Shown here: in pieces, positions 27,766 to 36,747 of the stretch
Numbering within the stretch: position 1 is the stretch's first letter
How the letters are laid out: every line of letters starts with the position of its first letter
NCBI GenBank assembly: GCA_036555125.1
Contig: DATBLY010000013.1
Coordinates: 1 to 49,711, forward strand
DNA from: Actinomycetota bacterium
Lineage (GTDB): Bacteria > Actinomycetota > UBA4738 > HRBIN12
Length of the DNA stretch: 49,711 nt
Reading direction: 5' to 3'
Notes under the pieces: generated by a model
Database searches by the model: none
The model's input: only the letters and a program-made list of their open reading frames with translations
What the model was told of the DNA's origin: nothing
Made by a program: the position numbers and the translations under genes

Positions 27766-28383
27766 GTGACGGGGATCGTGCTCGCGGGCGGCCGCTCGGC
27801 CCGGTTCGGTCGCGACAAGCTGTCGGTCCCGGACCGCGGCCGCCCGCTCCTGCACCACGCCGTGTCCGCGGTCGGAGCCTGCTGCGAGGAGGTCCTGGTC
27901 GCGGTCGCGCCCGGCCGAGACCCGGCCGACCCGGTGGTGGACCCGGAGGCGCTGGCCGGCCTGGTCCGCGGGCGAGCCCGCGTCGTCCGCGACCCGGCCG
28001 AGGGCGGCGGTCCGCTCGTCGGCGTGCGGACCGGCCTGGAGGCCGCGGCGACCGACGTCGCGCTGGTCGTCGGCGGGGACATGCCCGACCTGGTGCCCGC
28101 GGTCCTCGATGACCTCCTGGAACGGCTGTCGATCGGACACGCGGCGGCCGTGGCGCTCGACGACGGCGCCGGGGTCCGCCCGCTGCCCGCCGCGGTGCGG
28201 ACGGCGCCGGCCCTCGCGGCCGCCCGGGAGCTGCTCGCGCGCGGCGAGGGATCGCTTCGGGCGCTCCTGCGGGCCCTCGACGTCCTCGCGGTCGATCGCG
28301 AGACCTGGGCGAGGCTGGACCCGGACGCCGCCACCCTCCGCGACGTGGACAGGCCCGCCGATCGTGACCGCGGGGGAGGCTAG
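27766..28383 (+). CDS. mobA: Molybdenum cofactor guanylyltransferase
   Basis: GIVLAGGRSARFGRDK, GPLVG, VVGGDMP motifs. Confidence 0.85.
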   Translation: MTGIVLAGGRSARFGRDKLSVPDRGRPLLHHAVSAVGACCEEVLVAVAPGRDPADPVVDPEALAGLVRGRARVVRDPAEGGGPLVGVRTGLEAAATDVALVVGGDMPDLVPAVLDDLLERLSIGHAAAVALDDGAGVRPLPAAVRTAPALAAARELLARGEGSLRALLRALDVLAVDRETWARLDPDAATLRDVDRPADRDRGGG

Positions 28384-28415
28384 GAGGGCCGCCCGCCGGA
28401 GGGTAGGGTCGCCGC

Positions 28416-29246
28416 GTGCCGCACGCGCCGCTGTCGGTCGGGGGAGCCGAGGTCGTGCCGCTCTGCGACGCGCGGATCCCCTTGCCGATCGACGAGGAAC
28501 CTCCCATCGAGCTCGGCGAGGACGGGTGGGTGTCGGTCCGGGCCGCCTACCCGTGGGCGTTCGCGGGGCCGCACACGTGGGATCTCCACGTCCACGCGTT
28601 CGCGGTGCGCATCGCGGGCGCGCTCGTGCTGATCGATACGGGGATCGGCGCCGAGCCGCCACCCGGATGGGGATCGGTCCGAGGCTCCCTGGTGAGCGAG
28701 CTGGCGCTCGCGTCGATCACGCCCGGAGAGGTCGATCACGTCGTGATCACGCAGGTCCACCGCGACCACATCGGCGGTGCGACCGGACCGGACGGGGAGC
28801 CGGCGTTCCCGTACGCGACGTATCACCTGCACCCGGCCGACTGGTCCGCCGCGGTCGACGCGGACGCCCCCCACCTCCGCGCGGCGTTCGAACGCTCGAT
28901 CCGGCCCATCGCCGACCGGGACCGTCTGGCGGTCGTCGAGGCCGATCATGAGATCGTTCCCGGGGTGCGCCTGGTGCATGCGCCGGGTCACACCCCGGGG
29001 CACCGCGCGGTCGTGGTCGTGTCCGAGGGTCGGGAGCTCCTGATCGGTGGAGACGTCGTGCACCATCCGTTCCAGGTCGAGTACCCGACGTGGCCGTCGC
29101 CCAACGACGCGGATCCCGCCCTCGGGGTCGAAACGCGCGGCCGCCTGCTGGCCTCGGCGAGTGCGGTTGACCGCACGCTCGGCGTCTCGCACTTCGGGGA
29201 GCCGTTCGGCTGCATCGTCGAGGGGCGCTGGGTCGGCGTGCGGTGA
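28416..29246 (+). CDS. Metallo-beta-lactamase-fold hydrolase (variant metal motif)
   Basis: LIDTGIG..., VVITQVHRDHIGG (QxHxDH instead of HxHxDH), HAPGHTPGH. Confidence 0.75.
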   Translation: MPHAPLSVGGAEVVPLCDARIPLPIDEEPPIELGEDGWVSVRAAYPWAFAGPHTWDLHVHAFAVRIAGALVLIDTGIGAEPPPGWGSVRGSLVSELALASITPGEVDHVVITQVHRDHIGGATGPDGEPAFPYATYHLHPADWSAAVDADAPHLRAAFERSIRPIADRDRLAVVEADHEIVPGVRLVHAPGHTPGHRAVVVVSEGRELLIGGDVVHHPFQVEYPTWPSPNDADPALGVETRGRLLASASAVDRTLGVSHFGEPFGCIVEGRWVGVR

Positions 29247-29421
29247 GCTGGCCGTCCGCGCGTCCGGAGGCGGCCCTCCGACCGGTCCCGAAGCCCCACG
29301 GCCGGCGGGTGTCCGGTCGATGCGCCCCGGGGGGCGTTCGGGGTAGGCTCGCCGCGAAGAGCGGGGCGGCGGAACCAGCGGAGCCCTCCGCGTATCACAC
29401 CTCTCCCGGAAGGACGGAACG

Positions 29422-30735
29422 ATGGCGAAGCGACGTGTCCTGATCATGGGGGCCGCGGGCCGCGACTTCCACAACTTCAACACCGTGTACCGGGACGACC
29501 CGGACACGGAGGTCGTCGCGTTCACGGCGACGCAGATCCCGTTCATCGACGACCGGACCTATCCGGCGGAGCTCGCCGGGCCGTCCTACCCGAACGGGAT
29601 CGCGATCCACGACGAGCCCGAGCTCTCGGCGCTGATCCGGGACCTCTCGGTGGACGACGTCGTCTTCTCGTACTCGGATGTCTCGCACGAGTACGTGATG
29701 CACAAGGGGAGCGAGGCGATCGCCGCGGGGGCGAACTTCCTGCTCCTCGGTGCCGAGGCGACGATGCTGGAGGCGACGGTCCCGGTCGTCGCGGTCTGCG
29801 CGGTCCGCACCGGCGCGGGGAAGAGCCAGACGACGCGCGCGATCGCCGGCGCCCTGAAGGACGCGGGGAAGACGGTCGTCGCGGTCCGGCACCCGATGCC
29901 GTACGGGAACCTGCTCGCGCAGCGCGTCCAGCGGTACGGAGCGATCGAGGACCTCGACCGGTTCGACACGACGATCGAGGAGCGAGAGGAGTACGAGCCG
30001 CACATCACGTCCGGGACGGTGATCTACGCGGGCGTGGACTACGGAGACATCCTCGAGCAGGCGCAGGCGGAGTGCGACGTGTTGCTGTGGGATGGCGGGA
30101 ACAACGACCTGCCGTTCTACCGGCCGACGGTGCATCTGGTCGTGGCCGACCCGCTGCGGGCGGGCCACGAGCTCCGGTACCACCCCGGCGAGGCGAACCT
30201 GCGGATGGCGGATGCGATCGTGATCAACAAGGTGGACTCCGCCACCGCGGAACAGCTCGCACAGCTCGAGGCGACGATCCACGAGGTGAACCCGCGCGCG
30301 ACGGTCGTGAGGGCGAACAGCCGGGTCACGGTCGACGATCCCGAAGCGGTGGCAGGCAAGCGCGTGCTGGTGGTGGAGGACGGACCGACGCTCACGCACG
30401 GCGAGATGAAGTTCGGGGCGGGCGTGGTGGCCGCGAGGGCGCACGGAGCGGCCGGGATCGTCGACCCGCGCCCCTGGGCGGTCGGCACGATCGAGGAGAC
30501 CTTCCGCAAGTACGACGTCGGGCCGGTGCTGCCGGCGATGGGGTACTCGGACGGTCAGCTCGCCGAGATGGAGAAGATCATCGACGCCGCGGACGTCGAC
30601 CTGGTGGTGATCGGCACCCCGATCGATCTCCGGCGCGTGATCAACATCTCGAAGCCGGCGGTGCGGGTGCGCTACGACCTGGACGTCCTTCCGGACTCCG
30701 CGCAGCTCGCGGACGTCCTCGAGCCCGTCCTGTAG
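29422..30735 (+). CDS. COG2403-type P-loop GTPase (cyclic 2,3-diphosphoglycerate synthetase-like)
   Basis: N-terminal RVLIMGAAGRDFHNFN, G1 motif VRTGAGKSQTT, G4 motif INKVD. The length and layout are as I recall for cDPG-synthetase-like proteins. Confidence 0.7.
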   Translation: MAKRRVLIMGAAGRDFHNFNTVYRDDPDTEVVAFTATQIPFIDDRTYPAELAGPSYPNGIAIHDEPELSALIRDLSVDDVVFSYSDVSHEYVMHKGSEAIAAGANFLLLGAEATMLEATVPVVAVCAVRTGAGKSQTTRAIAGALKDAGKTVVAVRHPMPYGNLLAQRVQRYGAIEDLDRFDTTIEEREEYEPHITSGTVIYAGVDYGDILEQAQAECDVLLWDGGNNDLPFYRPTVHLVVADPLRAGHELRYHPGEANLRMADAIVINKVDSATAEQLAQLEATIHEVNPRATVVRANSRVTVDDPEAVAGKRVLVVEDGPTLTHGEMKFGAGVVAARAHGAAGIVDPRPWAVGTIEETFRKYDVGPVLPAMGYSDGQLAEMEKIIDAADVDLVVIGTPIDLRRVINISKPAVRVRYDLDVLPDSAQLADVLEPVL

Positions 30736-30759
30736 CCCGGCGCGACGGCGGAGGCGACG

Positions 30760-31707
30760 GTGGAACGCGTGGTGATCGCCCTGGGCGGCAACGCGCTGCT
30801 CCGCCGCGGCGCGGCCGACACGTTCGAGGAGATGTACCGCGCGTGCCGCGCCGCGGCGGAGCGGGTCGCCGATATCGCGACGGACGGCTGGGAGGTCGTC
30901 CTGACCCACGGGAACGGACCGCAGGTCGGCCGGATCCTCCTGCAGCAGGAGGCCGCGAAGGACCTCGTCCACCCGATGCCCCTCGATGTCTGTGGCGCCG
31001 AGAGCCAGGGACAGATCGGCTACCTGCTCCAGGTCACGATCGGCGACGTCTTCTTCGAGCGCGGGATGGAGCGTCCCGTCGCGACGATCCTGACCCTCAC
31101 GCGCGTGCGCCCGGACGACCCCGCGTTCGCGAACCCCACGAAGTACGTGGGTCCGTACTACGAGGAGGCCGAGGCGCGGGCGCTCGAGCGCGAGCGCGGC
31201 TACGTGATGAAGGCGGACCCGCACGGCGGATGGCGGCGGGTGGTGCCGAGCCCGGCTCCGTACTCGATCGTCGAGACGCCGATCGCGAAGCGGCTCGTGG
31301 CGGATGGGACGATCGTGATCGCGTCCGGCGGCGGGGGGATCCCGGTGGTCGAGGAGGGACCCCGGCTGATCGGCCGGGAGGGCGTCGTGGACAAGGATCT
31401 CGCGGCCGCGATCCTGGCGACGGAGGTGGAGGCCTCGGTGCTGCTGATCCTCACCGACGTCGCGAAGGTGCAACGAGGCTACGGGTCGCTCTACCCGGAG
31501 GACATCGACCGGATGCAGGCGGGCGAGGCGCGGGTGCTGATGGCCGCGGGTGAGTTCGGGGCGGGGTCGATGGGGCCGAAGGTGCAGGCCGCGCTGAACT
31601 TCCTCGACGCCGGGGGCGTCCGGGCCGTGATCGCCGAGCTCGACGGCGCGCCGGCCGCCCTCCGCGGCGAGGGCGGGACCGAGATCGTGCCGGACCCGGC
31701 CGCGTGA
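30760..31707 (+). CDS. arcC: Carbamate kinase
   Basis: VVIALGGNAL, THGNGPQVG, GGGGIPVV, VDKDLAAA, GSMGPKV. Confidence 0.92.
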   Translation: MERVVIALGGNALLRRGAADTFEEMYRACRAAAERVADIATDGWEVVLTHGNGPQVGRILLQQEAAKDLVHPMPLDVCGAESQGQIGYLLQVTIGDVFFERGMERPVATILTLTRVRPDDPAFANPTKYVGPYYEEAEARALERERGYVMKADPHGGWRRVVPSPAPYSIVETPIAKRLVADGTIVIASGGGGIPVVEEGPRLIGREGVVDKDLAAAILATEVEASVLLILTDVAKVQRGYGSLYPEDIDRMQAGEARVLMAAGEFGAGSMGPKVQAALNFLDAGGVRAVIAELDGAPAALRGEGGTEIVPDPAA

Positions 31708-32429
31708 GCGGATCGGGCACCCTGCGCGTGACCGGCTACAACGTCCGCGGGTTCCGGTCGGGGATCGACGCGGTCGTCGCGGTCGTGGAGGATCTGGCCC
31801 CCGACGTCCTCCTGCTCCAAGAGACCGGTCCCCGACGGGTCCTTCGGGCGTTCGCCCGCGCCGTCGGGATGCAGCTGGCCGAGGACCCGCCGTCGCCCCT
31901 CCGCCGCCGGGTGAAGGACGCCGTCCTGGTGCGGGCGCCGTCCCGGATCGCGGAGCGCCGGTTCCGCCGGTTCCGGGACTCCCGGCCCTGGTATCCGCGA
32001 GGATGCGCGATCGCCCGGATCGACGGGCCCGGCGCCGCCCCGTTCTGGGCGGTCTCGGTGCACCTCGGTCTCGACGGCGGGGAGCGAGGGCGGCACGTGC
32101 GGGAGCTGCTCGCGCTCGTCGACGCGCTGGAACCGGCGGGTCCGGTGGTGATCGGCGGCGATCTGAACGTGACCCCCGACGCGCGCGTCGTGGCCTCGAT
32201 CGGGGCTCGGCTCCCCGCCGTGACCGGGGCGGGGGCGCCGACGTACCCGGCCTCCGCGCCGACGGCGAGGATCGACCACCTGTTCGCCTCCCCTGCGTTG
32301 CGGGTCATCGCGGAGACGGTCGGGGCTGCGGGCGCGGGCACGGCCTCGGATCACCTGCCAGTGACGGCCGACCTCGAGCGCCCCGTGGACGACCCGGGAC
32401 GTTCCGCGACCGGGGATCGGCGCCGCTAG
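31704..32429 (+). CDS. Endonuclease/exonuclease/phosphatase (EEP) family protein
   Basis: YNVRGF, LLLQE, GGDLNV, and a terminal SDHLPV motif. GTGA overlap with arcC. Confidence 0.8.
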   Translation: MSGSGTLRVTGYNVRGFRSGIDAVVAVVEDLAPDVLLLQETGPRRVLRAFARAVGMQLAEDPPSPLRRRVKDAVLVRAPSRIAERRFRRFRDSRPWYPRGCAIARIDGPGAAPFWAVSVHLGLDGGERGRHVRELLALVDALEPAGPVVIGGDLNVTPDARVVASIGARLPAVTGAGAPTYPASAPTARIDHLFASPALRVIAETVGAAGAGTASDHLPVTADLERPVDDPGRSATGDRRR

Positions 32430-32566
32430 GGACGCGAGCGGGGCGTGCGGCCCGGGTTGCGGAACAGCTGCACGAACAGGAAGAGCGCGAAGAGGCCGAC
32501 CACGCCCACCAGCAACGTCAGCAGGCCCGCGAAGAACCACTCGAGGAACCCGGAGATCGCGAGCAC
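32426..32566 (-). CDS. Small (46 aa) hydrophobic membrane protein, not in the ORF track
   Basis: Hand translation gives VLAISGFLEWFFAGLLTLLVGVVGLFALFLFVQLFRNPGRTPRSRP. Nearly every codon ends in G/C. There is an AGGA about 8 nt upstream of the GTG. Its stop shares CTAG with the EEP stop. Confidence 0.5.
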   Translation of the reverse strand: MLAISGFLEWFFAGLLTLLVGVVGLFALFLFVQLFRNPGRTPRSRP

Positions 32567-32663
32567 ACGGCCATCCTACCCGGCGCGGTCCGCGCGCCGG
32601 CTCCCCGGCGGTCAAGCCGCCGCCCTCCGTGGCCGATGGGAACGGTGGGCTATCCTGGCCCGC

Positions 32664-32822
32664 ATGGAGCGACCGATGGACGATCAGGAGCAGAAGGCCG
32701 AGCAGACCTCCTCGAGCGAGGAGATCGCCTACGAGTCGGACTGGTACGAGGTGCTGAAGCGCCGGGCCGAGGAAGAGGCGCAGGAGGAGGAGCTCGCCTC
32801 GGTCGACGGCGACGACGGCTGA
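32664..32822 (+). CDS. Small (52 aa) highly acidic protein
   Basis: MERPMDDQEQKAEQTSSSEEIAYESDWYEVLKRRAEEEAQEEELASVDGDDG. High GC3. The upstream part of track ORF 32445..32822 is antisense to the small membrane ORF. Confidence 0.45.
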   Translation: MERPMDDQEQKAEQTSSSEEIAYESDWYEVLKRRAEEEAQEEELASVDGDDG

Positions 32823-32837
32823 TCCAGCCATCCGCGC

Positions 32838-33857
32838 ATGCGCCTCGGCATCCTGACCGGCGGTGGTGACTGCCCCGGTCTGAACGCGGCGATCCGGTCC
32901 GTCGTGCGTTCCGCCGACGACGCGAGGGTCGATGTGCTCGGCTTCCGCGACGGGTGGCGGGGCGTGCTCGATGGCACCGCGCACGAGCTGTCGCTCGAAG
33001 ACGTCCGGGGCATCCTGCCGCGCGGCGGAACGATCCTCGGGACCTCCGGCGTCCAGCCGCACCGGGCGGAGCGAGGGCCCGCGCTCGTTCGGGAGGCGCT
33101 CGAGGTGCACGGACTGGACGGCTTCCTCGTGGTCGGCGGCGAGGGCACGATGGGGGCGTCCGCGGCCCTGTCGGACGTCCCCGTGATCGGCATCCCCAAG
33201 ACGATCGACAACGACATCCGCGGCACGGACGCGAGCATCGGGTTCTGGACCGCCGCGCAGATCGCCACCGATCTGATCGACCGCCTCTACAGCACCGCGG
33301 AGAGCCATCGCCGGGTCATGGTGTGCGAGGTCATGGGCCGCACCGCCGGCTGGATCGGCCTCACGGCGGGCGTCGCGGCCGGGGCCGACGTGATCCTGAT
33401 CCCGGAGTGCCGGTTCGACATCCAGGCCGTGGCGCGCCGGATCCGCCGGGTGCACTCGGAACGGCGGCCGTTCTCGATCGTCGTCGTGTCCGAGGGGGCG
33501 ATGCCCGTCGACGGCACGCTCGAGCTGCCCCCCTACGAGCTGGACGAGAACGGCTGGCCGAAGCTCGGCGGCATCGGCCGGATCGTCGCCGAGGCGATCG
33601 AGGATCTGACGCGCTCGGAGACCCGCGTCACGACGCTGGGGCACGTCCAGCGCGGCGGCTCGCCGGTCGCGTTCGATCGCGTCCTGGCGACGCGGCTGGG
33701 CGCGGCCGCGGTGGCGGCCGCGCGGGAGGGACGCTGGGGTGTCATGGTCGGGGCGCGGGGGACCGAGATCCACGAGACGCCCCTGGCCGAGGTCGCGGTC
33801 GGGGCCTCGGTCGTGCCCCCCGAACGGTGGCAGATCCCAGAGGTCCGCTGCGACTGA
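32838..33857 (+). CDS. pfkA: 6-phosphofructokinase (GGEGT type, likely ATP-dependent)
   Basis: GILTGGGDCPGLNA, VVGGEGT, PKTIDNDI, EVMGR, GHVQRGG. Confidence 0.9.
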   Translation: MRLGILTGGGDCPGLNAAIRSVVRSADDARVDVLGFRDGWRGVLDGTAHELSLEDVRGILPRGGTILGTSGVQPHRAERGPALVREALEVHGLDGFLVVGGEGTMGASAALSDVPVIGIPKTIDNDIRGTDASIGFWTAAQIATDLIDRLYSTAESHRRVMVCEVMGRTAGWIGLTAGVAAGADVILIPECRFDIQAVARRIRRVHSERRPFSIVVVSEGAMPVDGTLELPPYELDENGWPKLGGIGRIVAEAIEDLTRSETRVTTLGHVQRGGSPVAFDRVLATRLGAAAVAAAREGRWGVMVGARGTEIHETPLAEVAVGASVVPPERWQIPEVRCD

Positions 33858-33887
33858 CCGATCCGGCCGTCTAGTAGCGTTCGCCGC

Positions 33888-35036
33888 ATGAAGATCGGGG
33901 TCCTGACCGGCGGCGGCGACGTCCCGGGCCTGAACGCCTGCATCAAGGCCGTCACGGTCCGGGCCGAGGAGGAGGGCCACGACGTCGTCGGCATCCGCCG
34001 GGGATGGGCGGGGCTGCTCGAGACCGATCCCGACGACCCCACGACGATCGGGGCGAACGTCGTCGATCTGGACCCGTCCTCCGTCCGGACGATCGACAGG
34101 ACCGGCGGCACGATCCTGCACACGTCGCGGACGAACCCGGCGAAGGTCAAGGCCGGCGAGGAGCCCGCGTTCCTGCGCGACGGGGGCGACGCAGGCTCCC
34201 CGCGCGACCATACGGCGCACGTCGTGCGTGTGATCGAGCACCTGGGGATCGACGCGCTGGTGCCCATCGGCGGCGACGACACGCTGTCGTTCGCGCTCCG
34301 CCTGCACGACGAGGGCGTCCCGGTGATCGCGATCCCGAAGACGATGGACAACGACGTCCACGGCACGGACTACTGCATCGGGTTCTCGACGGCGATCACC
34401 CGAACGGTGATCTTCATCCACCAGCTGCGCACGAGCGCCGGCTCACACGAGCGGCTCGCGGTCGTGGAGGTGTTCGGCCGCTACAGCGGCGAGACGTCGC
34501 TGGTCTCCGCCTACCTCTCGGGGGTGGAGCGCGCGATCATCTCCGAGGTTCCGTTCGACGTCGAGAAGCTGGGGGAGCTCCTGGTCAAGGACAAGCGGTC
34601 CAACCCCAGCAGCTACGCCATGATGACGATCTCCGAGGGCGCCACGATGATCGGCGGCGAGATGATCAAGGGGGGTGCCGAGGACGCCTACGGGCATCAG
34701 AAGCTCGGCGGGATCGGCCTCGTGACGGCGGAAGCCCTGAAGGAGATCACGGGCGAGGGGCTCATCTACCAGCAGCTCGGCTACTTGATGCGGTCGGGGA
34801 GCCCGGACTCGCTGGACCTCATGGTCGCCACGAACTACGCGGTGATGGCGGCGGATCTCGTGATCGAAGGCGTGCACGGTCGCCTGGTGGCCCTGCGGAG
34901 CGGCAACTACACGAACGTGCCGCTCGACGTGACCCGGCAGGGCGTCAAGCGCGTGGACGTCGAAGCGCTGTACGACGTCGAGGGCTACCGGCCGAAGATC
35001 CGACACGTCGACGGCAAGCCGATGTTCCTGTACTGA
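33888..35036 (+). CDS. Phosphofructokinase paralog (GGDDT type, PPi-dependent-like signature)
   Basis: [44 protein letters not shown]. Confidence 0.85.
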   Translation: MKIGVLTGGGDVPGLNACIKAVTVRAEEEGHDVVGIRRGWAGLLETDPDDPTTIGANVVDLDPSSVRTIDRTGGTILHTSRTNPAKVKAGEEPAFLRDGGDAGSPRDHTAHVVRVIEHLGIDALVPIGGDDTLSFALRLHDEGVPVIAIPKTMDNDVHGTDYCIGFSTAITRTVIFIHQLRTSAGSHERLAVVEVFGRYSGETSLVSAYLSGVERAIISEVPFDVEKLGELLVKDKRSNPSSYAMMTISEGATMIGGEMIKGGAEDAYGHQKLGGIGLVTAEALKEITGEGLIYQQLGYLMRSGSPDSLDLMVATNYAVMAADLVIEGVHGRLVALRSGNYTNVPLDVTRQGVKRVDVEALYDVEGYRPKIRHVDGKPMFLY

Positions 35037-35059
35037 GGGGCGTCGATACACTGCCGCGC

Positions 35060-36121
35060 ATGGCCGCCTACCGCGTCGACCTGCGATCGGACACCGTCAC
35101 CACCCCGTCGGCCGCGATGCGCCGCGCCATGGCGGACGCCGAGGTCGGGGACGACTGGTTCGGCGACGACCCGACCGTGAACCGCCTGCAGGAGCGCGCG
35201 GCCGAGATCACGGGCCACGACGCCGCGCTGTACGTCCCCACGGGGACGATGGCGAACCAGATCGGGCTCCGGCTTCACGTCACCGGCGCCGGGCACCTCG
35301 TCGCCGCGACCCGCGGCGCGCACGTCGCGAGCACCGAGATGATGACCTCCGCGGTGCTCTCGGGCATCACGGCGCGCACGGGGGACCCCGGTCCGAAGGG
35401 CTGGATGACCGCGGAGCTGGCGCGCTCGCTCGTCGAGGCAGAGGATCCGTACGACGTCGAGGTCGTGGACCTGATCGCCGTGGAGAACACGATGGGGCAT
35501 GCCGGGGGCACGGTGATGCCCGTCGAGGAGCTTCGCGCGATCCGCAAGGTGGCCGACGACGACGGGCTGCCGATCCATCTGGACGGGGCGCGGATCTTCA
35601 ACGCGGCCGTCGCCGCCGGTGTGGACGTGGGGGAGTACACGCGCGAGGCCGACACCATGATGTTCTGCGTGTCGAAGGGCCTCGGCGCCCCGATCGGCTC
35701 CCTCGTGTGCGGTCCCTCCGAGGCGATCCGCGAGGCTCGCCGCTTGAAGATCCTGTTCGGGGGTGCCTGGCGCCAGGCGGGGATCGTAGCGGCGGCCGGC
35801 CTGGTGGCGTTGGAGGAGGGTCCCAAGCGCCTCCACGAGGACCACGAGCGGGCACGGGCGCTCGCCGCCGGGGTGGCCGACCTCCTGCCGGGCGCGGTGG
35901 ATCCGGCGGACGTTGAAACGAACATGGTCTACGTCGACACGGAAGCGGTGGGGTTGGGAGCGCTGGAGATGGTCCGGCGGCTCGCCGCCCTCGGCGTGGG
36001 TTCGACGTTCGTCTCGGACAAGGTGCGGATGGTCACCCACGTCGACGTGGACGACGACGGGATCCGGGCGGCGCTGGGTGCCTGGCGAACCGTCGTCGCC
36101 GATGCCGCGAAGGAGGACTGA
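35060..36121 (+). CDS. ltaE: Low-specificity L-threonine aldolase (PLP)
   Basis: DLRSDTVT.P, GDDWFGDDPT, TGTMANQ, HLDGARIFNA, FCVSKGLGAP (PLP lysine). Confidence 0.9.
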   Translation: MAAYRVDLRSDTVTTPSAAMRRAMADAEVGDDWFGDDPTVNRLQERAAEITGHDAALYVPTGTMANQIGLRLHVTGAGHLVAATRGAHVASTEMMTSAVLSGITARTGDPGPKGWMTAELARSLVEAEDPYDVEVVDLIAVENTMGHAGGTVMPVEELRAIRKVADDDGLPIHLDGARIFNAAVAAGVDVGEYTREADTMMFCVSKGLGAPIGSLVCGPSEAIREARRLKILFGGAWRQAGIVAAAGLVALEEGPKRLHEDHERARALAAGVADLLPGAVDPADVETNMVYVDTEAVGLGALEMVRRLAALGVGSTFVSDKVRMVTHVDVDDDGIRAALGAWRTVVADAAKED

Positions 36122-36744
36122 TGGGCCTGTTCACGAAGAACTACCCGGACGAGATCGCCGCGCGCATCCCGCCCGGTCAGCGGCTGGTGAAGACGTGGCC
36201 GGTGCTCCACTACGGACCGATCCCGCGGTTCGACGGGACGGACTGGAACCTCTCGCTGACGGGCCTGGTCGAGGAACCGGTCACGCTCAGCTACCAGCAG
36301 CTCCGAGACCTGCCGAACGTGACGATCGACGCCGACATGCACTGCGTCACGGGCTGGACCACCCTCGACAACACCTGGGAAGGGGTCTCGTTCCGCACCC
36401 TCAAGGAGCTCTGCAAGCCGACCGCCGAGGCGAAGTGGGTGATCGCCCATTGCGAGTACGGCTACGACTCGAACCTGTCGCTGCGGGCGATGGACGACGA
36501 CGACGTGCTGGTCGCCTGGCGGAACCATGGAGAGGATCTGACGCCCGAGCACGGCTGGCCGCTGCGGCTGGTCGTCCCGAAGCGCTACGCGTGGAAGAGC
36601 GCGAAGTGGCTGACCGGCCTCGAGTTCACGGACAAGAACAAGAGGGGGTTCTGGGAGGTCCGCGGGTACCACATCCACGCGGAGCCGTTCGGCGAGGAGC
36701 GCTACAGCTACCAGGAGGGACCTCGTGCCGAGCTCGAGCCGTAG
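36121..36744 (+). CDS. Short sulfite-oxidase-fold molybdopterin-binding oxidoreductase (no signal peptide)
   Basis: MHCVTGWT (Mo-ligand Cys context), GWPLRLVVP, YAWKSAKWL, GFWE..GYH. There is a 1-nt overlap (TGATG) with ltaE. Confidence 0.8.
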   Translation: MGLFTKNYPDEIAARIPPGQRLVKTWPVLHYGPIPRFDGTDWNLSLTGLVEEPVTLSYQQLRDLPNVTIDADMHCVTGWTTLDNTWEGVSFRTLKELCKPTAEAKWVIAHCEYGYDSNLSLRAMDDDDVLVAWRNHGEDLTPEHGWPLRLVVPKRYAWKSAKWLTGLEFTDKNKRGFWEVRGYHIHAEPFGEERYSYQEGPRAELEP

Positions 36745-36747
36745 CGC

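Noticed and set aside
29247-29421. 175-nt leader before the GTPase-carbamate kinase pair, examined for a riboswitch (guanidine/ykkC, glycine, c-di-GMP)
   Set aside because: I could not match any conserved riboswitch core. It contains only short GC hairpins. Left unannotated; a covariance-model scan would be needed.
31491-34421. 976-aa minus-strand ORF
   Set aside because: Antisense to arcC, the EEP gene and both PFK genes, all of which have unambiguous family motifs. The translation is R/D/P/G-rich with no recognisable domain.
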